Source: Stegostoma tigrinum
Lineage: Eukaryota
Direction: 5' to 3'
Assembly (NCBI RefSeq): GCF_030684315.1
Contig: NC_081397.1
Location: forward strand, 9,300,001-9,364,000
Length of the DNA: 64,000 nucleotides
The translations under genes and the position numbers were made by a program. The notes below the pieces were generated by a model that was not told where the DNA came from, made no database searches, and was given only the letters and a program-made list of their open reading frames with translations. This document shows positions 41,907 through 54,144 of this stretch, piece after piece. Every line of letters starts with the position of its first letter. The stretch's first letter is position 1.

Positions 41907-42719
41907 TGTAAACCCACAGCGAGCTATCGATGTGATTCAATGCCACAGCTGTTGCAGAAGCTTAGACAACAGAAGTGTGTATCTGGAGGAACGCAGCAGG
42001 TCAAGCAACATCTCAGAAGCAGAAAAGCTGACGTGTCGGGATATTGCTGAGCGTGCTGTGTGCATCTAGCTACACAGCTTGGATACTCCACCATCTGCAG
42101 TTCCCATAATTTCTGTTAGAGAAATTTGTTGGTTCTGAGATACACTAATTCACATTAAAGACAAAAGGTAACTCGGGGCAATCAGGTTCATAAATGTTCA
42201 GAAATCATAACACAATTGAAATATTGCACCCCATATTTTATAAGTTTCCGATTGAAACGCCTCCGTGGGCAAATTTCTTCACTGGGCGTATTGCCAGCTA
42301 TAACGGAGCTTGACGGAGGGTGGTGGTGGGAAAAGGTCACCAAATCGAAAAGCCCATCAAAACATACAAACAATTTTTATGCGTTGGGCAAAATTTCAAT
42401 TGCACGACCAAATCTCCCACTAATGTATTCATTCGATCCTCTGAGGCGGGTCGGTTTCGTATCGAATGGCCTCTTTGTTGCGGCGACTTATTGCATGTCC
42501 TTTGTTCCCTGTCAGCGTATTGATGGGGATACCGCTTTGAGTTATTATTTCAAGTCGCTGTCCCTGCAGTAAAACCTCAGACTTTATTCGTCGTGTCCGG
42601 TAGCTGCTCCAGTTTTATCTCGGTTAGGGAAAAAAATAAAAGGAATTATGTTTGCACATAAAATGAAAATTAATCAACCAGCAGTGACAGTCTAGCTGCT
42701 TTGCACTGATTTTGTGGGT

Positions 42720-42735
42720 GGCTCTGAAAAGAGAC
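42720..42735 (-). terminator. Mutated histone 3' stem-loop
   Basis: The minus strand reads GTCTCTTTTCAGAGCC: the second stem G is changed to T. Confidence 0.85.
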
Positions 42736-42764
42736 TTTGGTTGTCAGGTTACAGAACGGCCCCT

Positions 42765-43169
<405 letters not shown>

Positions 43170-45182
43170 TCAAACACTTTCACAGAGAATTCTGCAATGC
43201 GGCCACATCCCGCCCTCTTATACCTTCGGGAGGAATGGGGGTGCGGCCATTGCTGATTGGTCACATTTTTCAGTATCTCCTAATGTCGTTTCAATGTCCA
43301 ATCAGATATCTGCTTCACTCACCAATCCGGAGAGGGCCCGGGGAGGAGGCCGGAAAACCCCGGCACCAAATCATCAACCGCTTTCTTTCAAACTCGAAAA
43401 GCCATCCAATAGTTTCAAAACGGGTAGAAGATTTACAAAGAAGAATGCGTTCATATTCCAGATAATTTACTTTTAGAATACACTGTATACTTGACACAAT
43501 CTGATTCCCCGGCCTAGTTGAATCCGTCTATTTTTGATCTTGAAGTTCTTTTTTCCCCGCAAAAACTGAATAATAAGTGGAAGCGGGAAAGAAAAGCCCG
43601 CCGAAAGTTATTCTCTGCACAGATTGAATTTATTACACATCAGCACCCGGTTATATTGATAAAAGTATCACACAACTGTTTCTTTCCCTTTGAGCGCATT
43701 CCTGCTTTAAACAATATTTTACAATCGCTCTCCCGATTGCACAAGATCAACAATATTTCCACTTTTGCGATGCCAGTCCGGCAGCTGTTCTGCTTTCCTC
43801 TCGGTTCACTTGGAAATTTTCCCGCCGACAACAAAGCCTCATTTACAGCTTTCTGCAAAACCGGATAGAACCCGCGGGGAGATTTGAAAATAAAACAAAA
43901 TTCCTCTGCGTGGAAACCGTAGGAAAATACCGGCGCCAAATCATAAACCGTTTTCTGTCCGATTTGAAAAGCCCGCCAACATGGGCAATACGACCAAGAG
44001 TTTTTAACCAGGATTTTTGCGTTCATGCTTACGATTTAATTTCCTTTCAGTTAAAAATGTTCACTTCACAATCTGTCACTTCCTAAGCAACACCGTTTTC
44101 AGAAAACATGGTAAAATAGCCCTCACTTATTGTGCTGGATCAGTCTTTCCGGTCGGTCTCGGCTCATTTTGAAAGTGTCTCACCGACAGCAGAAAGCCCC
44201 ACACACTGCAAACTGATAAAAAAATCGGATAAATTCCCTTACAGATTTGGAAATTGAAAAAGGAATCGCACGGCATTTCTCTTAATGGGACTCAAATAAG
44301 CGATCATAACTTTTCATTACCACGGCTGAATCCAGCCTTCATACCCTATTGGGACAAGTTGGAAAAACCCTTCAACATAGTGGGTAAAGTTTTACAAAGA
44401 GGATTGAACAGTTTAATTTTTCTTAGAATTTAATTCACTTGCACATTACAAGTGCACGCTGATGTATTTATAAAAACTTACACAACGTTTTTCGGGGTGA
44501 ACGGGTTAAAACTTGAAACAATAGTTGGAAGTTGCCCTCCCATATTCTCCTTGAACACAGTTTCACACTTGCGACTGCAATCCTGGCTCTGGCTTTATCT
44601 CAGCTCATTTTGAAAGCCTCTCACCGACAGCTGAAATCCTGAAATGACAAGTATTCTGCAAGATCTGTTCATGGGACTCGAGCAGTTAGTTTTCTTTCTA
44701 GGGGGTGAAATTCCTGATCAAGGGGTAAATAATAACTGGAACACAGGAGTTGTTGCAAAAAAAATGACTGACTGACGATGAATGTGCTTTCTGTACAGGG
44801 AGGGAGGAGAGACTGGATAGGAAGGCAACCGAAAGTAACCGACAGAGGGACAGGGACCGCACGTTAATGTTTAGAACGTTTGTGTAAACAAAGATAAAGA
44901 TTAGAGACATTAATTATAGACACCGAGAATCATTTACAAACGAAAAATGGTTCAAAAAGTGGAAGTTGTTGATAAATGATTCATTGGAGATAATTATGCT
45001 CTTTGCAGATACAGGGAAACGAGACAAGGTATGGCTGCAACCTAAAATAAAGGGCAGATGAGGGACGACACATCGAGTTCTAAAACAATTACATTATTTT
45101 TAAAAAGCCGACTGACATTACTAATACATACCGAAAATCATTTGCACAAAGTTGGTTCAGCTGTTTCAGCGAAGTTGTGGGT

Positions 45183-45198
45183 GGCTCTGAAAAGAGCC
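45183..45198 (-). terminator. Histone 3' stem-loop
   Basis: GGCTCTTTTCAGAGCC on the minus strand. Confidence 0.96.
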
Positions 45199-45238
45199 GT
45201 TGGGTTTTCGATGTGTTTTCTCAGCACAATGTGGGGTC

Positions 45239-45619
45239 TCACTTAGAGCTGGTGTACTTGGTCACCGCCTTTGTACCCTCCGACACGGCGTGCTTGGCCA
45301 GCTCCCCGGGCAGCAGCAGCCGCACCGCGGTCTGGATCTCCCGGGAGCTGATGGTCCTGCGCTTGTTGTAATGGGCCAGGCGGGAAGCCTCCCCCGCGAT
45401 ACGCTCAAAAATATCGTTGACGAACGAGTTCATGATGCTCATCGCCTTGGAGGAGATGCCGGTGTCGGGGTGAACCTGCTTCATCACTTTGTAGATGTAG
45501 ATGCCGTAACTTTCTTTCCTGGACCGTTTCCTTCTCTTGCCGGCTTTCCCCGGTGCCTTCTTGATGATTTTCTTAGCGCCCTTCCTGGAGGCTTGCTGCG
45601 CTTTCTTCTCATCGGCCAT
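45239..45619 (-). CDS. H2B: Histone H2B (126 aa), second isoform
   Basis: [14 protein letters not shown]...[13 protein letters not shown] at 45619. Confidence 0.98.
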   Translation of the reverse strand: MADEKKAQQASRKGAKKIIKKAPGKAGKRRKRSRKESYGIYIYKVMKQVHPDTGISSKAMSIMNSFVNDIFERIAGEASRLAHYNKRRTISSREIQTAVRLLLPGELAKHAVSEGTKAVTKYTSSK

Positions 45620-45669
45620 AGAAACGATCACTTCCAGACACACAATAAAGGAAAATGGGCGCGGAGCTC

Positions 45670-45790
45670 GCTTTTTATAGCCTGACCACGTCAGCAATGC
45701 TAATGAGGGATGGGGGAAACTCTGGTTCATGATTGGGCAGTTTTGAAGAATCTCAGACCATGTGATTAGCTTTTCTGTGATTGGTTACTG
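45670..45790 (-). promoter_or_regulatory. H2B promoter
   Basis: TATAAAAA at 45672-45679, TGACGT at 45688-45693, ATTAGCAT at 45697-45704, plus CCAAT boxes. Confidence 0.8.
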
Positions 45791-46139
45791 TGGGACACAA
45801 CGTGGATCTGCCAGGATATGCAACGGAAAGTGAAACACAAACGAAATTTTGTATACCGATCACTTTAAATGTAACTAGTTGTTGCCATTTAATGAACACA
45901 GTACCTGAGAGGTTTTATTTGCGACAATGCATTTATTCTGCTCACAGCAACGTTTCATGTATAACATTATTTTGTTTCTTCACTCTGTAATTTCTGCAGT
46001 ACACAATAAGCTGTATTGTGTTAAGAATTCGATTTTAAATGAGGGAAACTTTGTCGAATATCTGTCAGTCTCTGCGATCTGAAAATGGGAGTGCAGTTAT
46101 CCACCTGACACTATTCATGCAGTGTGGACGATTGTACAA

Positions 46140-46595
46140 CACTCGTGGGTCCACCTCATCCATGGCTTCCAGATATCCGAAATTAATCTAGTCCTATTTG
46201 CCAGCATTTGACCCACATCACTCTAAGCCCTTCCTATTCATATACCCGTCCAGATGCCTTTTAAATGTTGTAGCTGTACTCAACTCCTCCACTTCCTCTG
46301 GCAGCTCACTGCAATTCCGCACCACTCTCTGTGTGCAAACATTGCCCACCTTAAGTTCCCTTTAAATCATAGTTTTCTCATCCAAAACCCATGCCCTCCA
46401 GATTTGGACTCCTCTACCGTGGGCAAAAGAACTTGATTATAAAATTAAGAGGGGCATGGACAGCGTGAATAATCTTCTATACGGTCACCACCCAGCCTCT
46501 GACACTCCATGGAAAACAAGCTGCAAAACAAACCACAATAAGCCCTGTCTATTCACTCTCTCCATGAAACTCAAACTCTCCAACTGTGGCAACAT
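46140..46595. mobile_element. CR1 3' fragment(s), mostly minus strand
   Basis: ttaatctagtcctatttgccagcattt...ggcaacatcctgg, similar to 27115-27510. Confidence 0.75.
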
Positions 46596-46652
46596 CCTGG
46601 ATGTGAGTTTGCTCACTGAGCTTGAAGGTTCATTTTTCAGCCATTTCGTCGC
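46595..46652 (-). repeat. Penelope-type terminal-repeat fragment (third family), starting at the 3' half of a hammerhead motif
   Basis: The minus strand reads gcgacgaaatggctgaaaaatgaaccttcaagctcagtgagcaaactcacatccag, homologous to 51170-51227. Confidence 0.65.
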
Positions 46653-49600
46653 TTTTTTTAATTTGAGAAAACATACTTTATTCATACAATGTACAAAAAA
46701 ACTTATACCCTGACCCAGTCATGCAAGCCGCTCCGGGTTAGCCAGGGAGTACATACACCAACGAAAGGCAAAAACAAAACAAAGAAGAAAAAACAACAAA
46801 GAAAATACCCCGGCAGTCGTCTCCCTGCACAGTCCCCGTTGGCCCCCTAACTAGTTGAGGAAGGTACCAGCTGGGCCCAGTTACCAGATAGGGACCTTTT
46901 TTCTATTCTGGGCGAGGGGTTTCATACGGTGGTTTTCCCCACGGCGCCTTCGCGGCAGCTGCCCCAAGCTTTAGAGCGTCCCTCAGCACGTTGTCCTGGA
47001 CCTTGGAGTGAGCCAGTCTGCAACACTCAGTCAGGGTCAGTTATTTCAGCTGGCAGACCAGCAAGTTGCGGGCAGACCAAAGAGCGTCTTTCACCGCATT
47101 GATAGTCCTCCAGTTGCAGATGATGTTGGTCTCAATGTGTGTCCCGGGAAGCAGCCCGTAGAGCACAGAGTCTCATGTCACGGAGCTGCTCGGGACGAAC
47201 CTCGACAAATACCACTGCATCCCCCTCCAGACCTCCTGTGCATAGGCACACTCCAGAAGGAGGTGATCGACAGTCTCAGCACCCCCGCAGCCACCTCGAG
47301 GGCAGCGTGCGGTGGCGCAGAGATTCCGGGCATGCATAAAGGATCTCACTGGCAGAGCCCCTCTCACCGCCAGCCAAGCAATGTCCTTGTGCTTGTTTGA
47401 AAGTTCTGGTGAAGAGGCATTCTGCCGAACCACTTTGGCAGTCTGCATGGGGAACCACACGACGGGATCCACCCTCTCCTTTTCCCAACGAGTCTCGAGG
47501 ATACTATGTGCTGACCACTGCCTGACGGCCTTGTGGTCAAAAGGGTTTCCTTTCAAAAATTTCTCCACCAAGGACAGGTGGTACGGTACGGTACAACAAC
47601 TCGGAGCGTTCTGCGGCAACAAGGCCAGGCCCATCCTTCACAACACCGGGGACAGGTAGAACCTCAGTAAGTAGTGACACTTGGTGTTTGCGTACTGAGG
47701 ATCTACTCACAGCTTGATGCAGCCGCACACAAAGGTAGCCATCAGGGCGAGGGTGGCGTTCGGTACATCATTTCCCGCGTTTTCCAGGTATTGTACATGG
47801 TGTCCCTGCGGACCCAGTCCATCCTTGACCCCCAAATGAACTGGAAGATGGCCCAGGTGATCGCAGCGGCTCAGGTCCAGAGAATAGGCCAGGCCTGCGC
47901 CACATACAACAGTACCGAAAGCTCCTCGCACCTGAAAAACAGGTTCTTACCCGCGATGGAGGGGGACCGGAGCGTCCACCTGTCCAGCTTCTGCTTCAGT
48001 TTGGTGATATGCTCCTCCCAAGTCTTAGTGAACGCTCCAGCTCCATTGAAACAAACACAGAACACCTTCAGGTAGACTGTCCTGACGGTGAAGGGGATGA
48101 AGGGGCAGTCGTCCCAGTTCCCGAAGAACATGGCCACGCTCTTACCCCTATTGACTTTGGCACCCGAGGCCAGTTCAAACTGGCCGCAGATGTCCAACAG
48201 CCTACCCCACCAACCAACGATCGGTGCAGAAGATGGCGACATCGTCCATGTACAGGGAGGTCTTGACCTGAAGGCCTCCGCTGTCTGGGATAGTCACGCC
48301 CTTCAGATTCACGTCCTCCCTGATGTTGCGGCAAAGGGCTTCATACAGCTCATGAACAAGGCAGGAGAGAATGAGCAGCCCTGCCTGACTCCAGATCTGA
48401 CGGGAAAATTGCCCAATTCCCACCTGGTGATCGAGTCTGCGCTAACGATGTTGGTGTAGAGCAGCCGGATCCAATTGCGGATGCCTGCCCCAAACCCCAA
48501 TTTGGAGAGCATGTCCCTCACGTAAGCATGAGAGACCCTGTCAAAGGCCTTCTCCTGGTCCAGGCTGACGAGGCAGGTGTTCACCCTCCTGTCCTCCACG
48601 TAGGCGATCATATCCCTGATCAGCGTGAGGCTTTCAGCGATCTTCCTGCCAGGCACAGCACAGGTTTGGTTCGGGTGAATTATCGACTCCAGGACAGACC
48701 TGACCCGGTTGGCTATGGCCTTGGCCAGGATTTTGTAGTCCATGTTCAATAATGAAATGGGACGCCAATTCTTAATTTCTTCCCTCTCCCCCTTCCTCTT
48801 GTAAATGAGGGTGATGATGCCCTTCGTCATGGACTTGCACATTTCCCCTGCCCAAAGCGCACTATCGTACACCTCCAGCATGTCCTGGCCGACCAGGTCC
48901 CACAGAGCGGAATACAGCACGACCGGTAAGCCGTTGCTCCCAGGAGTCTTATTCCACACCAAGGACTTGAGGACTCCAGTCAGCTCATCCAGGGATATCG
49001 GCCGGTCCAGCCACTCCCTCGTGCTGTTATCTAAGACCTCTGTGATAGATGACAGGAACGACTTGGAGGCCATGCTGTCTGTCGGCTTCACGTCGTACAG
49101 TCCGGCATAGAAGGATCTGCTGATCCTCAAAATGTCGGGCCAAGAACGACGTCACCGAGCCATCATCCTCCTTCAGCCGGCTGAGCACAGAGCTTTCCTG
49201 GTGCACCTTCTGAAAGAAGAAATGCGAGCACGTCTTGTCCTGCTCCACGGAGCAGACCCTGGACTGGAAGATTATCCTGGAGGCCTCCGCGGCAAAGAGC
49301 GAGACTTGCTGGCCCCTCACCTCGGAGGTCCTCCGTGACATTGACTGCCATCGACTGCAGAAGGAGCAAGTTCTGCACCCTTTTCTGGAGTAGCGACAGC
49401 TTTCCCCGCCTCTCTCTCGCCTTCCGAACACCCTTGAGGACAAAGAACCTCTTGATGTTCTCCTTCACTGTCTCCCACCAGTTGCCCGGAGTCTCAAAGA
49501 GGGGTTTCACTGTTCTCCAACTGGTGTACTCCCTCTTAAGCTCCTTGACGTTCTCTGGGGTCAACAGAGTCGTGTTGAGCTTCCACGTTCCCTTGCCGGC

Positions 49601-50866
49601 CTGCTGGTCATCCTGTAAGTGACAGTCGGCCAGCAGGAGGCAGTGGTCAGAGAAGAACACCGGCTCGATGTCGGTGGAGCTGAGCGAGAACACCCGTGAC
49701 ACAAACAGGAAGTCTATCCTTGAGCGGATAGACCCGTCTGGCCGTGACCAGGTGCATCTCCGCTGGGCTCCGTCGGCAGGGATACAGAAGACGTAGAGCA
49801 GATTGGCGTCATTCATCGTGCCCATCAGGAATCTGGACATGACGACCAGTTGACTCCCCCCACCCGCTGTCCACCACGCCGGATCTTCCATCTGCATCAA
49901 TGATGCAGTTGAAGTCTCCGCCTAGGATGACCGGCCTGGACGTAGCCAGCAGGGGTGGAAGCCGCTGCAGGACGGCCAACCGCTCACTCCGTACCGCTGG
50001 GGCGGACACATTGATCAGCCTCCGGAGAGCGTTCCTGTAGGTGACATCAACCACTAGGTGGCGACCCCCCACCACCTCCTGAACTTGAGAGATGGCGAAG
50101 TTGCGCCCCCGCAGCAGAATAGCCAGGCCCGAGGAGCGACAGTCGTTACCACCCGACCAGATCGAAGGCCCACAGGTCCAGGCGCTGGACCTTTTCCCTG
50201 TGCCTGCTGAGGTGCAGTATCCCACAGTCCTGTAGAAACAGGAGGTCCGCCTTGACGGTGGTCAGGTAGGCCAACATGGACACACATCTTGCGGTGGACT
50301 TGACGCTGCGCACATTAATGCTCGCAACTCATACCCCCATTGTGGGCAGTGAACACAGTACCCTCCCCAAGTTCAAGGTCCAGCCCATCCATCTGTCCCT
50401 TCATGCCCATTGCCCGGGATAACTGCTGGACGATCTCCAGGCTCAGGAATCCGTGTGTGCTGCCTTCTGGGTGGCATCCACCCGGCGGGGGTTGGGAGGC
50501 AGGAGAGTCTGGCTCTGGATCAGGCTGGGGACATGCTGTTTTCTCCTTCCCACCTGAAAATTCCAGGGGGCCCTCCAGGGCGCCAGCGGCACGTGGCTGG
50601 GTGTCGGAGAGAGCCTCAGGACGCCTCCCGTCACCTGGAAGCGGGGTGCTGCTTTCCTTCTCCCTTGAGATCTATAGCTTCTGCTTTGGGCGGGCCGCCT
50701 CCGAATCTCCCTCATCAGAGGAGCTCTTATAGCCCCCCTGCAGCTGTCTCTTACCGCCTGATGGTTGCGGTGACTGGGCCTGCAGGCGCACCCTCCTCCT
50801 TGCTTTCCGGACCGTCGCCCATCCCTGGATCACCTGACGCCTCCTCCATCGACTCCGGGTTGTCGG
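46653..50866 (-). mobile_element. Tx1/L1-clade non-LTR retrotransposon, 5'-truncated in ORF1 and inactivated
   Basis: ORF2 remnant 46922-50340: EN (SINVR, LFLQ, GGDFNC, SRIDF, FSDH), RT (KNWRPISLLNMDYKILAK, LDQEKAFDRVSH, GVRQGC, YMDD) and a C-terminal CPR..C...ETVDHLLLEC knuckle. AATAAA at 46677-46682 and A-tail at 46653-46659. Confidence 0.93.
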
Positions 50867-51169
50867 GGTGGGGAAAGACCACTGTATGAAACCCCTCATC
50901 CAGAATGGTAAAAAGGGCCATATCTGGTAACTGGGCCCAGCTGGAGCCTTCCCCAACTGGTCAGGGGGCCAACGGGGACTGTGCGGGTGGACGACTGCCG
51001 GGGTATTTTCTTTGCTTTGTTTTTTTTTCTTCTTTGTTTGTTTTTTTTCCTTTAGTTGGTGTATGTACCCCCTGGGTAACTCAAAGCGGTCTGCATGACT
51101 GGGTAGGTGTGTAAATGTGTTATTTTTTGTACATCTTATGAAAAAAGTATATTTTTTCAAATAAAAAAA
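50867..51169 (+). mobile_element. Second Tx1 3' end (WGKTTV* plus 3'UTR and A-tail), inverted relative to the long copy
   Basis: Diverged reverse complement of 46653-46945. Confidence 0.9.
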
Positions 51170-51261
51170 GGGTGACGAAACGTCTGAAAACTAACCTTCC
51201 AGCTCAGTGAGCCGACTCACATCCAGAACCTCAACCTGAGCTACAAATCTTCTCAAAACTC
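51170..51261 (+). repeat. Penelope-type terminal-repeat fragment (third family), starting at the 3' half of a hammerhead motif
   Basis: gggtgacGAAACGTCtgaaaactaaccttccagctcagtgagccgactcacatccagaacctcaacctgagctacaaatcttctc. Confidence 0.7.
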
Positions 51262-51269
51262 ATTATGAG

Positions 51270-54140
51270 ATTGTGTCAAACCTTGGCCTGGCTATTGGTG
51301 GGTCCATCTCCAATTAGGAGTTTCAAACGATTGGTCATATAGAATAAGGGGAAGGGTACAGTGATCCCGTTGCATTGGATTACTGTAACACAAAATGTAT
51401 TGCACTGCAAGAATCAGAGCATCATCACTCTCGCTTTCCAATCTGAGCTAAAGATTAATGATGTAACTGCATCTTCAAGAGGGGTGGCTGTGGCCCTCTC
51501 CCCGCATGATCTGGTGACTGGTTGACGAAATACTGCGATGGCCCTGAATTCTGACTGCACCCCGAGTCTTTGTCCAAGTTCTGCAGTTTCACTCCTGCAA
51601 GGAATCAAAGCAGCAGATTTAAAATTTGGCCCATTCAATTTGCTCCACTGTACAATGACAATATCTGATCCAAGTGAGCTGTTAACTGTAGTATTCATTC
51701 ACCTTGACCTTTATCCCATAAATATTAATTCAATGTTGAAAGAACATACAGAGAAATGAAAGAAATGGGACATTCTCACGAAAGCAACACATAAGTATTG
51801 GATGGCACCCTGTGTCACAGTGGTATCTAGATGGAAGTGGTCGTGGGCTTGGAAGGCACTGTCTATGGAGCGTTGGTGAATTCCAGCTGTGCATCTTCTG
51901 GAAGGTACACATTGCTGCTTGAGCATTGGTGTTTGAGGGAATGGACGTTTGCGGATGTGCAGCCAATCAAGTGTTACTCTCCTGGATTGTACCTTGCTTC
52001 TGGTGTGTTTTTGGAGCTGCATTCATCCGGGTAAGTGGGGCTAAACTATCACATTCCTGACTTGATCACATTAGATGTTGGACAGGATTTGGGGAAGCAG
52101 GAGACCAGACACTCACTGCAGGATACCCAGACTCTGACTTGTCCTTGCAGTATCTGTATTTATGTACAGAATCAGCTCGAGCATCACAGCGTCCATGAGT
52201 GAAACAGAATGGGAACAGACCCTTTCATCCAACTGGTCTGCAATAGATTAACATCCCAATCTGATCTCGTCCCATTTGCCAGCATTTTGCACATATCCCT
52301 CTCATGTCGACCTGTTCATCTACCCGTCCAATGGTGTTTAAAACTTATCATTGTACCCTCCACAAGGTGTACCTCTGTCAGCTTGTTCCAAACATGCCAC
52401 ACACTCTGCACTAAAGAAATCTCCCTCAGGTCTCTTTTAACATTGACCCTCTCACCATGCCCTTAAGGTTTGGGCTCCTCCACCCAAGAAAGAAAGACCA
52501 TGGCTATTCACCCTATCCATGCCCCTCATGATTTTATAAACCTCTATAAGGTCACCCCTCAGTCTCTGATGCTGCAGGGTAGAAAGCCCGAGCCTGTTCA
52601 CCCTCTCCAAACAGTTCACACCATCTAGTCCAGGCAACATCTTTGTAAATACTTTCTGCACCCTCTCCAGTTCAACAACTTCCTTCCCACGGCAGGTTGG
52701 CTACAACTTCAAGCAGTAAAAGTGGGACTCAACAAATTTCCTGTACAGCCACAACGTGACATCTCAACTCCTATTCTCAATACACTGACCAATGAAGGCA
52801 AACACTTGCTTCACCACCTTATCTACTTGCGACTCCACTTTCAATGAACTACGCACACAAGCACCTTGGTGTCTTTGTTGGGGAACACTTCCCAGGGCCC
52901 TCCCATTAACTGTCGAACCCCTCTCCTGTTTTGAACAATGAGAATGTGTGTGTTATCATCATTCTCTTCTTGTCAGTTACTGCAACGTGAACAAGAGCAA
53001 CTATTAATGTATGCCTTTCCGTTTCTGTTAGGTCCATTTATGAGTTTAGTAATTGTTGCAAATATACCAGTTTTTGCTGTGTGACTGTGTGAGTGAAGTT
53101 CTCAATCCAAAATAATCAATTTCTACTCTTGTGCATCAAAGTGGTTTTATTCTCTGGCCACCAGTGATATTCTGTGACTGTGCTTCAATCTGAGAGAATA
53201 GTTATGAGGGTGTAGAGAGTGAGCTTTCATCCCATTTCCATTTGTTGTTTATGAGCTTTCTGTCAGTCAAAGAGTACAAATGTTCTAGAGCAAGCACAAT
53301 GGGCTGAATGGCCTCCTGCTGACATGTACCAGGTCTGTATTTCTGAGGCATTTTCATTTATCCATCTGTGGTATAGTGTATCAGGATAAAGATATCATGT
53401 AGAAATGGACAGACAAGCTAATTTTTCTTTTTAAAAAGCTGGCCCTGTGAGTCAGAGTGTGCTGTTTCGTTTTTTAGGGTTCTATGGTATCACAGATACT
53501 TAGTTTTACCTTGTACTAGGATTTTTTGTTTTATTTATTTGCAGAGTTTTATTCTGCATCTGGCAGTCCATGTTGCATTCTCTACTTGTCAGGCTTTGGC
53601 AGGGAAAGTGCATTTGTATTTCACATTATTTAATTTCTGTGTCTTTGTATGGGACATGTATTCATCAAAAGATTATTTTAGTCCTAAATAAAAATTCAAA
53701 AAAACTTCCGGTGCTGTATGTCAGTAACAAAAATGGAATTTGCTGGAAACGCAAAGCAGGTCTGGCAGCATGTGAAGAGAAATCATAGTTAACTTTTCAA
53801 ACACTTCCACTGTTCTGCACAAAGGTCACATGGATCCGAAACATTAATTCTGATTTCTCTTCACAGATGCTGCCAGGCCTGCTGAGCTCTACCCGAAAAT
53901 TCTGTTTTTGTTTATTATTTCTGTCCTCCTCAGTCACTGATAACATCAAAAGTTACCTTCCATATTTGTACTCAATACCTACTCCATATATGGTCATTGT
54001 AACTCTGTAACAATTTGATCTGTTTGTATCAGCAATAAATAGAACCGCAGATGCTGGATAATCCGAGATAACAAGCTGTGGAGCTGGATGAACACAGCAG
54101 GCCAAGCAGCATCTTAGAAGTAGGAAAGGTGACATTTCGG
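51270..54140 (+). repeat. Segmental duplication, copy 2 (direct paralog of 3590-6480)
   Basis: Collinear similarity with copy 1, including the shared CR1 fragment at 52200-52920. Confidence 0.9.
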
Positions 54141-54144
54141 GGCG

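Noticed and set aside
45620-45730. N-terminal extensions of H2B (163 aa), H2A (147 aa) and H3 (91 aa) in the ORF track
   Set aside because: The upstream starts are non-ATG or lie upstream of the TATA box; the canonical ATGs are downstream.
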